NCBI RefSeq assembly: GCF_009914755.1
Contig: NC_060925.1
DNA: 64,000 nucleotides
Origin: the human T2T-CHM13v2.0 reference genome, Homo sapiens
Strand: one strand, 5' to 3'
Positions 1 to 14,481 of this stretch are shown one piece after another (the first letter of the stretch is position 1; each line of letters starts with the position of its first letter). A program made the position numbers and the translations under genes. The notes beneath the pieces were generated by a model that searched no databases, had not been told where the DNA came from, and saw only the letters and a program-made list of their open reading frames with translations.

Positions 1-323
1 ACCTGAGAATCAAAGGGGGCAATGGTGTGAGTCTCCAGAGTCTCAAGGCCAAGAGATTCTTTGTGCAAGAGCAGAAGATAAATGTCCCACCTCAAGGAGA
101 GGGTCAGTTTGCCCTTCTTCTACTCTTGTTCTATTCAGACTTTCAATGGATTGGGTAATGCCTGCCCATATTGGTGAGGGTGGACCTTCTTTACTCATTC
201 TACCAATTCAAATGGTAATGTCTTCCAGAAACACCCTCATAGACACACCCCAAAATAATGGTTTACCAGCTATCTGGGCATCCCTTAGCTTACTGAAGTT
301 GACACATAAAATTAACCATCATA
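1..323 (-). mobile_element. MLT2-family (ERVL) LTR, cut by window edge
   Basis: Ends gttgacacataaaattaaccatcata, the reverse complement of the MLT2 LTR start TGTGATGGTTAATTTTATGTGTCAAC; also ccagctatctgggcatcccttagc. Confidence 0.85.
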
Positions 324-449
324 CCCTCCCCAACTTTTCTCTTAGTTTTTAAAATTGTTTAGTTAACTTATTTTTGCCCATATTAATTGTGACTTGTGTC
401 TTATTTTCTAGTTAGAGGTTGCTACACTAAAGGGATGCTACTGATTTTT

Positions 450-595
450 GTTGCAATGATTGCTGGCATTCTAGTCTTCCTCCCATTCTCAAAACAAAAA
501 TGTTTAATATTTTTCCGAGGAACATGACACTTGCTGTATTTTTTCAGTGGATAGACTTTATTAATTTAACAAGTTTTCTTCTATTCTTATTTTTG
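450..595 (-). mobile_element. Old L1 (L1ME/L1M5-like) ORF2 fragment, part 1
   Basis: Degenerate antisense L1 ORF2 (ggcattctagtctt...ttttcttctattcttattttt); collinear with 4410-4705. Confidence 0.55.
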
Positions 596-597
596 AT

Positions 598-783
598 AGA
601 TTTATTCAGTAAGTATTGAGAACTTCCTGTGTAATACTCACTGTTCTAGGACCTGCAGACACAATAGTGAACAAAACAGACATAAATCTTTGCACTCAAA
701 GATCTTATGGTAAGAGAAACAAACAAACAAACAAATATAATTAAGTCACATAGTAAAATATATTAGATGCTAAAGTAGCACAG
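598..783 (-). mobile_element. L2 3' end (first piece of a fragmented L2)
   Basis: tttattcagtaagtattgag...ctgttctagg...acaatagtgaacaaaacagaca matches the antisense L2a 3' end; continues at 1590-1690, 3573-3759 and 3950-4400. Confidence 0.75.
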
Positions 784-1689
784 TTTCTGGGCCCTTCCCA
801 CAAGTCCAATCCCACTTAAAAAAATCACAATATTGAAAAAACCACTATGGCATTGCTGGGAAAGGGAATATTATGTTGAACTTGTTCATGTGGAATAGCA
901 GCATTCGCCTGAGGCAGGATGCCACTGGGTAGGACTATAGAATAAGAAGATAAAAGAGAGAAAACTCTCCTGGGGTTCTGTTCTTGCTTTCCCTCCCATT
1001 TTGCTTCTGCCTATCCTCCTTGTTCCCATATGTGCATGACTCAGACTTCTGGTCCAGGTATTCTCAGAGGTTAAGTCAGAGCCAGATAAAAGTCTTGTGC
1101 TTGTGAGCCACTGTAAGAAACAGGTGAGAACCTCAAACAAGTGGCTTCTCACTCTTACCCCTCTAAACCCTCAAGGCTGGTAAATTATAATCTATGCATG
1201 TCTCTTACTGAAGCTGCTTCTCCCCGGAGTGCAAGGTGTGAAGATCTGATCTAAGGAATTGCTTAGTAGGCTATAGTTTTCTGGTGTCTGGTCTCTTCAC
1301 CCTACATCACACACACACACACAAAGACACACACTCATACACACACACACATTGACATCTTTGGGGCTGATCTTAACAAGGGCCTGGCCTTTCTCTATTG
1401 GCATTATCTAACAGCATAGCTGGTACTTCCAGATGAAAATTACTGGCAGGCCCAGATAACAAGACAATTAAGGAGCACAGCTATTTCAATGTACCACAAC
1501 ACAGATACAAAGAGAAGGAGAAATATTAGAATAGACAGACCAAGATTTTGAAATTGAAAAAAATTTTAAAATACATAAAGGAAGGTATTAGTAGCACAGA
1601 GCAAAAACATTTAAAAGTGGCAAGAAGGGAAGAGCTGACAATTTCAAATAGAGTGTCCAGGAATGGATTCACTAGAAAGGTAACATTTC

Positions 1690-3572
1690 TCCTTCAAAAG
1701 ACTCCTAGATTTAGGACTCCTAGATTCGAGTTACAAAATCAAGATACACAAATCAATAGCACTGCTATACACCAACACCAACCAAGTAGAGAATCAAATC
1801 AAGAACCTTTTCAAAATAGCTGCAAATAAAATCAAATACCTAGAAATATATCTAAACAAGGAAGTGAAAAATCTTTACAAGGTGAACTACATAACACTGC
1901 TGAAAGAAATCACAGATGACAAAAACGGAAACACATCCCATGCTCATGGATTGGCAGAATCAATATTGTGAAGATGGCCATACTGCCCAAAGCAATCTAT
2001 AATTCAATACAATTCCTATCAAAATACCAATATCATTTTTCACAGAATTAGAAAATACAAACCTAAAATTAACATAGACCCAAAACACAACCCAAATAAC
2101 CAAAGCGATCCTAAGCAAAAAGATCAAATCTGGAGGCATCACTTTACCTGACTTCAAAATTATACTACAAGGCTATAGCAACCTAAACAGCATGGTACTG
2201 GTATAAAAGTAGATACACAGACCAATGGAACAGAATAGAAAACGCAGAAATAAGGCCAAATACAACCAACTGATCTTCAATAAAGCATACAAAAACCTAA
2301 AATTGGAGAAGGAACACTTTATTCAATAAACGGTTCTGGGTAAACTGGTCAGCCACATGTAGAAGAATGAAACTGAATCCCTATTTCTCACCACATACTA
2401 AAATCAACTTAAGATAGATTGAAGACTTAAATATAAGACCTGAAACATAAACATTCCGGAAGAAAATGTAGGAAAAACTCTCCTGGACATTGGCCTAGGC
2501 AAAGAGTTTATAACAAAGACCCCAAAAGCAAATGCAACAACAACAACAAAAACAAATAAATGGGACCTAGTTAAACTAAAAAACTCTGCACAGCAAAAGA
2601 AATAATGATCAGAGTAAACAGACAACCCACAGAATGGGAGAAAATATTTACACACTATGCATCTGACAAAGGATTAATGTCCAGAATCTACAAGGAACTC
2701 AAACAAATCAGCAAGAAATAAAACAAATAATCCAATTAAAAAGTGGGCAAATGACATGAATAGACATTTCTCAAAAAAAGATATACAAATGGCCAACAAA
2801 CATGAAAAAAATGTTCAATATCACCAGGGAATCATCAGGGAAATGCAAATTAAAACTGCAATGCGATATCACTTTACCCCAACCAGAGTCGCCATTATTA
2901 AAAAGTCAAAAAACAATAATGTTGGTGTGGATGTGTTGAAAAAAGAACACCTACTTATACACTATTGGTAGGAATCTAACTTAGTACAACCTCTATGGAA
3001 AACAGCATGGAGATTTCTTAAAGAACAAAAAGTAGATCTATCATTTGATCCAGCAATCCCACTACTCAAAGGAAAAGAAGTTATTATGTCGAAAAGACAC
3101 CTGCACACATGTTTACTGCAGCAAAATTCACAATTGTAAAGATATGGAACCAACCTAAGTGCCCATCAACTGATGACTGCATAAAGAAAATATGGTATAC
3201 GTATACCATGAAATACTACTCAGCCATAAACAAGAACAATGTAATGTTTTGCAGCAACTTGGATAGAACTGGAAGCCATTATTCTAAGTGGAGTAACTCA
3301 GGAATGAGAAACCAAATACCATATGTTCTCACTTATAAGTGGGAGCTAAGTGGGTACACCAAGGCATACAGAGCAGTATAATGGACATTGGAGATTCAGA
3401 AGGGGGCAGCGTGGAAGGGGGGTAAGAGATTAAAAACTACAGATTGGGTACAATGTATACTACTTGGGTGATGGATGCACTAAAATCTCAGACTTCAACC
3501 ACTATACAATTCATTTAAGTAACCAAAAACCCACTTGTACCCGTAAAGCTAGTGAAATAAAAATGTTAAAAA
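1690..3572 (+). mobile_element. 5'-truncated L1PB3/L1PB4-like LINE-1 (ORF2 3' part + 3'UTR)
   Basis: ORF2 C-terminal peptides in the track (MNRHFSKKDIQMANK, WNQPKCPS); L1PB-type 3'UTR ggcatacagagcagtataatggacattggagattcagaagg...aaagctagtgaaataaaa. Confidence 0.9.
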
Positions 3573-4400
3573 GACCAGAATAAATGGAGGAAGTTTGCTG
3601 CGTGGATATCTGGTCAGAGAGCAAAGCAATCCATGCTGGTGAAAGTCAAGTGCTGAGTGGGAGGAAGACAGGGGAGAAAGTGGTAGAACATGAGGCCCAT
3701 GAAGCAAGAAGGCAGACCACAGGGGTCTTAGAAGGCCATCGTCCGAACTTGGTTTTATTTTTCTTTAATTTTTTAAATTTTCACTTTTTTTAAAACATAG
3801 TAGCTATATATATTTATGGGGTACATAAGATATCTTGATGCTGGCAAACAGTGAATAATAATCCCATCTGGCTAAATTGAGTACCCATCCCCACAGCAAG
3901 TATTCGTCATTTTTTTTGTGTTACAAACATTCCAATTGTACTTGCTTTTATTCTCAGGGAGTAAAGAAAGCCATTGGAGTGTTTTGAGCCAAGGAGTAGC
4001 ATGATCTAACTTATGTTTTAACAGGATGATTCTGTTAAAAATAGAATGTAAAGGAGGTTGATAATGGAAAGTTGATAACAGAAAGACTGTCTAACAGACT
4101 ACTCCAGGTGAAACGAGGGCAACTCGGGTTGCAGTGGTCACAGTAGAGGCATTCACAAATGGTCAGATTCTGGATGGAATGGAGGAAAAGACTGGCCATT
4201 TACTGAGTTAGGGAACACTAAGAAAGAATCAGGTTTTGGACAAAATACCAGGAACTCATTTCTGGATATGTTAATTCTGAGAATGCTTATAAAACATCCA
4301 AATGTAGATGTCAATTATACAGATGGATATAGAAATTTTGTAGTTCAGATGGAACATCTCAGTTAGATATAAACGTTTTGGAAGTGATATGATATTAAAG
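3573..4400 (-). mobile_element. L2 continuation (interrupted by L1MA3 piece at 3760-3940)
   Basis: gtggatatctgg, aagccattggagtgttttgagc, catgatctaacttatgtttt, tggtcagattctgga, ggatatgttaattctgag are typical antisense L2a motifs. Confidence 0.75.
3760..3940 (-). mobile_element. L1MA3-like 3' end fragment with TSD
   Basis: tatatatttatggggtacat...tttgtgttacaaacattccaattgta; flanked by cttggttttatt (3748-3759) and cttgcttttatt (3941-3952). Confidence 0.75.
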
Positions 4401-4409
4401 AACTTAAAA

Positions 4410-4705
4410 GTTCCTTAATGCGATGAATTAAATGGATAGATTTTTTGAATTTAAACAATCATTTTATTCCTGGGATTAAAAACTACTTGGTCATGACATA
4501 TTAGTTTTAATATAATGTAATATTCAGTTAGCTAATATTTTATATGGGATATTTGTATCTCTGTCCATGAATGATCTTGGCCTATTAGTCTCTTTCCTTG
4601 ATCTCTCTTTATCAAGTGTTGGTAACGAGATTTTAGTTACTGCATAAAATGAATCTGGTAGCTTTTCCTCTTTTGCTATATTCTAGAACTACTTGTATAA
4701 GATAG
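4410..4705 (-). mobile_element. Old L1 (L1ME/L1M5-like) ORF2 fragment, part 2
   Basis: attcctgggattaaaaactacttggtcatg, cagttagctaatatttta, cataaaatgaat match antisense L1 ORF2. Confidence 0.7.
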
Positions 4706-4729
4706 AGTCCAGGCTGTTATGGGCCAAAA

Positions 4730-5346
<617 letters not shown>

Positions 5347-5686
5347 TCACGTGAGAGCACAACAACAGCTGCAGCAGACACATGACATCTTTATCTACCC
5401 CTACTGCAACTATAAATTAAATGTACCAATGATATTAAAATTGACATTAACTTAAGTAGGATTGATCACAAATCTCCCAATAATATAGTGTGAGAAGATA
5501 TGTTTAGGTGCATTTTACGTTATCGCCAAGTGTACATAACAATTTCAAAAAATTCTTGATTGGAATTTTTAAATTAAAAAAATTCTGTTTATTTTTGTCA
5601 AGCAGGAAGATCCAGCTATCAATCCCAGATAAGGATTCCCAACCTTTTGAGGATGGCAAAGAGTATAACAATGCCAACCACCAGAA

Positions 5687-6161
5687 GTAGGAGCCCACAG
5701 AACTCAGGCCCACTGCATCACCCACGGGCACAGAGTTACCAAGAAGAACACACAGGCACTGGTTAAAACAAAGCTTTGCTCATGCAAGGAAGAAAGAACA
5801 TAGCAAGATCAGCATCTATGGGGTGCACTGGTCTACCATGACTAACAGACCCCTCCCAGGGGGGATGTACTGCACACCACCCATCTAATCATGCTGGTGA
5901 AGACCTCTTTTTTTTTCCTGGGGCAGAAAAAGGGGTGAGGCAGATATAAGTGCCATATGACACACACACTTATGCACTGCAAAAAATTTCGCTGTGTAAC
6001 CAGAACATGGAAAGATTTTCTCCCAGTAAGGAAGAAGAGTCTGGAACCAAGCAGCAGCACCACCCCAGCCTCTACATAAGAGGGTATGTTCCAGGCCCAG
6101 ATAACTGATTGGGCAATCCTGGGGTGGGGCAACAGGTGGCACAATGGCTTATTTCTCATCA
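5687..6161 (-). mobile_element. Probable old ERVL-type solo LTR (MER76-like)
   Basis: GC-richer island; the - strand reads tgatgag...attgcccaatcagttatctgggcctggaacataccctcttatgt, similar to my recollection of MER76-type LTRs. Family uncertain. Confidence 0.4.
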
Positions 6162-7234
6162 ATTTTTATAGCAAGTCCCTATTTATTCTAACTTTTCCAT
6201 TCTCAAGTAGTTTTTTACATGCACATTACAAGGACTACTGATAGGAAATCACAAAACATCACTGAGAAAATGCTATCCTAGTGTGTTGTGTGCTGAATTC
6301 AAATTTTCTACCCATCCTTCTTCTCCAACACATGTCATATTGATTAAGAAAAAATACTGATTTTGAAAATAGTAAAAAATAATTGCTATACTGCTTTGTA
6401 AAGCATCACAAACAAACCTATCACAGATAGTCAAAGGTAGAAAATGCTCATAAAACCTCACTGAAAACAAATATATCTATAAAAAAAGTTTTTCAACCTT
6501 TCAAAAGCAGTAGGTGGGTTATGGAATTCCACCATCTCAAGTAATTTCAGACTCTGTTTGGAGATGAAATTGCTTAAATTTTTACCACTATTGCACATAC
6601 CCGTAACACATATTTGAACCAGAGCAGACTTTGTATCTGCTAAAAGCTTCTCTCAAACTTAAGAGCTTATTGTCACTCATCTTCAGAGGACTATTATTCA
6701 CTTTTATGAGTTTACATATGCATGTCATATCTTATTTAATAGGCTTTATCAATTTAAGACAATCAACAAAACTTGAATCAAAATGCAGACAAGCCAAAAA
6801 GTCTAATATACTACCAGAGACATCATCCATGAAAATGGATTGAAAAGGTCAAAAGGAATTTACTGCAGGCTTTCTTTAAGCACTATGTTTGTTGAGAAAA
6901 GCAGTCTATGTATTCATGAGAAAGAATAAGAGGTCTAATTTCCAAGTATATAAAACTAACATAATTCAACTATATGGTTTCTGAAAACATACTGAGAAAA
7001 ACAGGACCTAGACTTATAAAAGGCAAGATACACTGCTCCTAAAATATAAAAGTCATGCTATCAGAATATGTAACGCAATCAGGCACTGTAATCTCCTGTT
7101 TACTGCTATAATTTGGGGGGAAAACAATGTTACTAAGATGACATTTATTTTTCAATTACACTCTTCCCACATTTGAGGCTATTTATGTTTCTCTCACTTT
7201 AATGTGGCTGTTTAGGGCAGAGAATCTGATATAC

Positions 7235-7445
7235 TGGAAATAAGATGGATCCCAAAGTTGGAAGACTTGAGTTTGATTCCCAAATCTGACACTTGTTATA
7301 TTCTAAAATTTAGGCAAGTCACTGAGTCTGTTTTCTTCTCTGTTAATGGGGTAGCCATTATACCTGCTTTCCAAGATTTTAAATGAGAAGAGGTCTGAGA
7401 AATGAATGTGCAAACTTTAGAATGCTCTACAAATATTATTATTAT
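7235..7445 (+). mobile_element. MIR SINE
   Basis: gaagacttgagtttgattccc...ttaggcaagtcactgagtctgttttcttctctgttaatgggg core. Confidence 0.7.
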
Positions 7446-8119
7446 TGCATATTATTGAATCCCCCAGCATGAAACACGTTACTCTGAATATTAATAGTAT
7501 TCAACACTTGCTTATTGAGCGCAACACACTCAATTGAAATGGTGAATTAATCTTATACGGTCAGAATTAGGAAGCTTACTCTTCATGAGACACATTTCAG
7601 AAGGTGAGAAAACTCAAATTGTGAAGCAAGCTTAGTTTTCCTTAAGATGTACAGTATGTTTAATGGCCTCGAACTGTCCCTCTGGCATCCAAAAGCTTAT
7701 TACTTCCCTGATTTAACCCAAACCTCTCTTTTATCCTCATTATCTACTTCTCAATAATCTTTTTCCCTAAAATGTGAACTGTCGGCTAGCCAACCGGGTA
7801 CACTAAGCTTTGTAAATAGGGAAGAAAGGAGTCATGGATCAATGACACCTCCCTTCCTGCAATTTTCTCAACATTTACCTTTGTGTGTTCATCAATTAAT
7901 TTCTCATAAATCCTGAGGCCCACCCTGATTGATATTAAAAGCCTGCTTTACGAACAACATTTAAAATATATATTCAGTTATTATATTTAATGAATATTGC
8001 TGTAGCCTTCTAAGTTTCCATAATTGTTATGAAAATTCAAGGTTCTACCTGGCCAAATTTGGCCAGTATACTACTAGTACACTGACGACCAGTGTAACTT
8101 TTATGCTCCGTTTCTTTTT

Positions 8120-8423
<304 letters not shown>

Positions 8424-8469
8424 GCTCTGTTTCTTTTTTAATTATAAGTTTTGATTTTAAGTCATTCCT

Positions 8470-8954
8470 TTACTGTTATAGCTGAGCATAAGCTGCTAAA
8501 AGTAACCATGCCAGTTCTTGAGTGCTTTGCTACTTAGAAACTTCTTCTGCCAGATATTCTTAAGTCATAACTCTATGTTTGGCCTTCCATAAAGCCCCAG
8601 GGTATGAACACAGGTCTGCCAAGCTCTTTGCTACTTTATAGCAAGGGTGAGCTTTGCTCCAGTGTACAAATAAATACTCCTCATTTCCATCTGAAGCTCA
8701 TCAGATTGGCCTTTATTGTCCATACTTCTATCTGCATTTTGGTCATGACAACCAAACTTTCCCTTGTCTTTCTGTCTTCTTCTGAGCCTTCACCAGAATC
8801 GCCCTTACTGCTTCATTCACTGTCACTGCAGTAGTCTCTTTCTAGCCTCGTCCTCCAAACTCTTCCAACCTCTGTCCATATCCCAGTTTCAAGGCCTCTT
8901 CCACATTTTCAGATATCTGTATAGCAAGAGCCCCATTCCTCGGTACCAATTTTT
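8470..8954 (-). mobile_element. MST-int (MaLR internal, 5' part)
   Basis: cttagaaacttcttctgccagata...ccacattttcagatatctgtatagca...cggtaccaattt abutting the LTR. Confidence 0.8.
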
Positions 8955-9379
8955 TGTCTTCGTCCATTTAGTGTTGCTATTAAATAACAGAATACCTAAG
9001 GGTGGGTAATTTATAAAGAAAAGAGGATTAATTAGCTTATGGTTCTTCAGGCTGGGAAATTCAAGGGCATGGCTGAGCTTCCAGCCAGGGCTTTCATGCT
9101 GAATCATAAGATGGTGGGGAAAATCAAAGGGCAAGCAGACATGTGCAAAGAGGCAAAATCTGAGGGACATCCTGGCTTTGTAACAACTCACTCTGATCAG
9201 ATCTAATCCATTCCCTTGAGAACTAATTCAGCCTCACCAGAGTGAGAACTCACTGACTACCGTGAGAACAGCACTAAGCCATTCGTGAGGGATTCCATTA
9301 GGTCTCACCTCCCAGCAGCACCACACTGGGGATAAAGTTTCAACATAGGTTTTGGTGGAGACAAACTCAAACCACAGAT
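8955..9379 (-). mobile_element. MSTC-like MaLR LTR
   Basis: tgtcttcgtccatttagtgttgcta...gggtaatttataaagaaaagagg...cctggctttgtaacaactcactct...aaactcaaaccac. Confidence 0.85.
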
Positions 9380-9738
9380 ACCCACACATGCACACACAAC
9401 CACATTTATAACCACCACTGTGAATAATGCTCCTTACAATTTATGCGGTGCACACCCTGCAAAGCCACATATGGTAATCACCTCTTCCTCATAAGTAAAT
9501 AAGACTTACCTTGCCATTTAAGGCATTTACGATAATTTCAATAAATAGCTATGATCATTATTATTCATATTATCTATAGTAATGCCTAGCCTATATGTCC
9601 TTGATACAAAAAGCTTATAACTGATATTGCCATTCCCAGACAATAATATAACATCACTACAATAAAGTTCTACTGTACCATTATTTCGCACTTTGTAAAT
9701 GAGAAAAGCAAACAACAGGAGCATAAATGGTTTTCTAA

Positions 9739-10128
<390 letters not shown>

Positions 10129-10301
10129 TCATATTTCCTACATTAATGAAAAACCAGCATATGGCTACAGCAAAGTCTACTTGTGGTTCAAATCTGGACT
10201 TAGATTTCCAGGAAAAGCAAGCACGAAAGAAATATTGAGGTGTAATAAAATATATTTAAATTACATTAGGTTCTTCTGTTGAACTGAAATTAAAACTTCC
10301 T

Positions 10302-11589
10302 AAAACTGCTGAAAGAAATCATAGATGACACAAACAAATGGAAACACATACCATGCTCATGGATGGGTAGATTCAATATTGTGAAAATGACCATACTGCC
10401 AAAAGCAATCTACAGATTAAACACAATCCCCATTAAAATACCACCATCATTCTTCACAAAATTAGAAAAAGCAAATTCACATGACACCAAAAAAGAACCC
10501 GCATAGCCAAAGCAAGACTAAGCAAAAAGAACAAATCTGGAGGCATCACACTACCTGATTTCAAACTATACTATAAGGCCATAGTCATAAAAACAGCATT
10601 GTATTGGCATAGAAATAGGCACATAGACCAATGGAACAGAATAGAGAACCCAGAAATAAACCCAAATACAGCCAACTGATCTTTGACAAAGCAAACAAAA
10701 ACATAAAGTAGGGAAAGGACACCCTATTCAACAAATGGTGCTGGGATAATTGGCTAGCCACATGTACAGGAATGAAACTAGATCCTCATCTCTCACCTTA
10801 TACAAAAATCAACTCAAGATGATTAAAGACTTAAACCTAAGACCTGAAACTATAAAAGTTCTAGAAGATAACATCAGAAAAATCCTAGACGTTGGCTTAG
10901 GCAAGGATTTTATGACCAAGAACCCAAAAGCAAATGTAATAAAAACAAAGATAAATGGCTGGGACCTAATTAAGGAGCTTTTGCATGGCAAAAGGAACAG
11001 TCATCAGAGTAAACAGACAACCCACAGAGTGGGAGAAAATCTTCACAATCTATACATCCGACAAAGGACTAATATCCAGAATCTACAATGAACTCAAACA
11101 AATCACTAAGAAAAAAACAATCCCATCAAAAAGTAGGCTAAGGACATGAATAAACAATTCTCAAAAGAAGATATACAAATGGCCAATAATCGTATGAAAA
11201 AATGCTCAACATCACTAATGATCAGGGAGATGCAAATAAAAACCACAATGCGATACCACCTTACTCCTGCAAGAATGGCCATAATCAAAAAATCAAAAAA
11301 CAGTAAATGTTGGCATGGATGCGGTGATCAGGAAACACTTCTATACCACTGGTGGGAATGTAAACTAGTACAGCCACTAGGGAAAACAGTGTGGAGATTC
11401 CTTAAAGAACTAAAAGTAGAACTACCATTTGATCCAGTAATCCCACTACTGGGTATCTACCCAGAGGAAAAGAAGCCGTTATCTGAAAAAGACACCTGCA
11501 CACTCATTTTATAGCAGCACAATTCACAACTGCAAAATCGTGGAACCAATCCAAACGCCCAACAATCGACCAGTGGATAAAGAAACTGT

Positions 11590-11629
<40 letters not shown>

Positions 11630-12015
11630 GATAGACACATACATATGATGGAATACTACACAGCCATAAAAAGGAATGAATTAACAGCATTTGCAGTGAC
11701 CTGGATGAGGTTGGAGCCTATTATTCTAAGTGAAGTAACTCAGGAATGGAAAATCAAGCATCATATGTTCTCACTGATATGTGGGAGCTAAGCTCTGAGG
11801 ACACAAAGGCACAAGAATGATACAGTGGACTTCAGGGACTTATGGGGAAGAGTGGGAGGTCAGGCGAGGGATAAAAGACTACAGATATGGTGCAATGTGT
11901 ACTGCTCAGGTGATGGGTGCACCAAAATCTCACAAATCACCACTAAAGAACTTACTCATGTAACCAAATACCACCTGTACCCCAATAACTTATAGAAAAT
12001 TTTAAAAAATTTAAA
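10302..12015 (+). mobile_element. 5'-truncated L1PB1
   Basis: ORF2 C-terminal ORF 11146-11514; L1PB1-type 3'UTR (gggataaaagactac...caccactaaagaacttactcatgtaacc); TSD taaaacttcct at 10291-10301 and 12016-12026. Confidence 0.92.
11591..11624. repeat. (GT)17 microsatellite inside L1PB1
   Basis: Perfect GT run. Confidence 0.95.
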
Positions 12016-13268
12016 TAAAACTTCCTTAGTTAAAATTTGCCTATTTGGTGTGGTTTTGTTGATTTGATTTCCTTGTGGGGTAGAGGAGGGTTGTTATGGA
12101 TTTGGAACAGGTGTCAAGAACCTTTAGTTTTTAAACAGAATGGGTTTATATATCATTATTAATTTGTATATAGAAGGGCTAAAGAAACCTTAGCTTAGCT
12201 GTTGAGCTCCAGTCACATGGTCATACACTAGTCTAAAAGTATTTTCGCTCATATTAAATGTAGGGGAAAAAAACATATTTATAAATGGAAAAAGAAATAG
12301 TTTATAATTAAGCAGAACTGAATGTTCTGACAGACAATATGCAAGGAATAAACATGAAAAACATCTCGGTCCTTCTTTTGCTCTCTTGGTCTAACACATC
12401 TCTCCTTGATAAGCTGGTCTGACCACAGCTGGGCTTTACATTTCTGTAATTAGCACAGCAGAAGCCCAACTAGGGCACAGCTTTTCTTCTTCTATTGTTT
12501 GCACACTGGGGGGCAGAATTTTAAATGTCAGGATTCTAAATGCTTCTTCTTGTTATAAAGTGGCCCACTAGCTCCTCAAAACCAGTTTGAAAACCATTCA
12601 AGAATCATTGCATTGGGCCCCATATCACACATTAGATAGGTATTCTACCAGCAGGGACCTCCAAAGGGCTTAGCAGTTTTCGTAGGCTAGAAAAATATAA
12701 GAATGAAAATAAATGAGCTTTTTAGATTGCCTTGTGGAAAGCTCTGATATAAATTTAGGTGTACTGGCCCCAACCCTTTGATTTCCTTTTTATGTCATTT
12801 CATTGAAGGAGAGATGCTTTCTTTTAAATCAGCAAAGAAAGCTGGTGTGTGGGGAAGGCGGAAGGCATTTGGGGTGTGGCGGGAGGGGTAATTGTGACAT
12901 TTTTTTGAAAGTTTCATAATGCCCTGACACCAATTTTCATACCTACTTACTGACAACTAGATTTCCTAAGTCAGTAAATAAGCTAAGAAGAAAGAGTTTG
13001 GCTCTTGTTTTCCTGACAGTTATATAATATGTAGAACCAGTAAAACACCAGGCATTGGTTTTATATCATTAGAAAATTACTGGCTATCCTGACACCTGAA
13101 AGTTTTATATAGTCCTAATTACTGGAGTGTAGTGTGGCAGGAAACTAAATCAACCCTTCCATTTTTCTCTCCCTGTGAGGTTCCAACACCTGGACATAAA
13201 ACTGAGGATTAACTTAAAGGGAAAGAAACCCAATGTTGCTTAGATTATTTGAAAGTCTATGCAACTTG

Positions 13269-13636
<368 letters not shown>

Positions 13637-14481
13637 TTAGATCAAACTCTAGAAACCGTGATGAAAACAGAAGAGTTATTACTGTTCTGGGATCTGTGCA
13701 GACCAGCCTTGTCCAAGGCTCTGTGACTCATTAGTATGTAACATGGTATAAAATTGACTGAGCAAAGCTCAGTACAAACCAAACAATAAGACTACAGGTT
13801 CATAACATAAAGGGCAAGAATTGGAGTGATGGGGAGAAGGAGGGTGAAGAGTATCAGTATCATGTAGGACTCAGTTTTTCATCCCTAATAGGTAATGCTC
13901 CCATCCCCAAATTAAGAACCATCACACTAGATAAAATTTCCCAGACACTCCTCTACTTTTCTTCTACCTAGAAAGGGAAGAACTTGGTGTCACCACCACT
14001 AGGACAGTATTGATAGAAAGGAATAATCATATCCAGCAGGAACCATTCTACTAACGAATAGGAATTTCATCCTCACATTTCAGTTGTCTAATTAAGTAAC
14101 CAAGTGCTCACCTATGCAGCAGTTTTTCATTTTTGGAGAATGAAATGGAGTAGACAGTTTAAGGAGAGAGAAGAGAAATTAAAGAGTAGAGCCTTATACT
14201 CACTTGGTTCTACTCCATTCTTAACAGTAATGCCCATCACCCCCTTCATGAATTTCCATAATTTTGATTCAAATCAACATATTATTTGGTCTACAATAGA
14301 AAGGACACTGTGGATAGTCACAACACAATTTAGGTATTTGGATTCATTACCTTTCCTTCCTGGCTGTAAAATGTGTATATGTTTATCTATTAATATATGT
14401 ATGTTTGTGCATGTGTGCGTATACAAAGTGTTCAAAGTGTACATGTGTACCTGTATAAGCATAATATTCAACAGTACAGCT

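Noticed and set aside
5606-5690. Possible + strand terminal coding exon (KIQLSIPDKDSQPFEDGKEYNNANHQK)
   Set aside because: Poor acceptor, unrecognised peptide, opposite to the inferred transcription direction.
12500-12518. CTCF-like cacactggggggcag
   Set aside because: Lacks the conserved A of the core AG; weak match.
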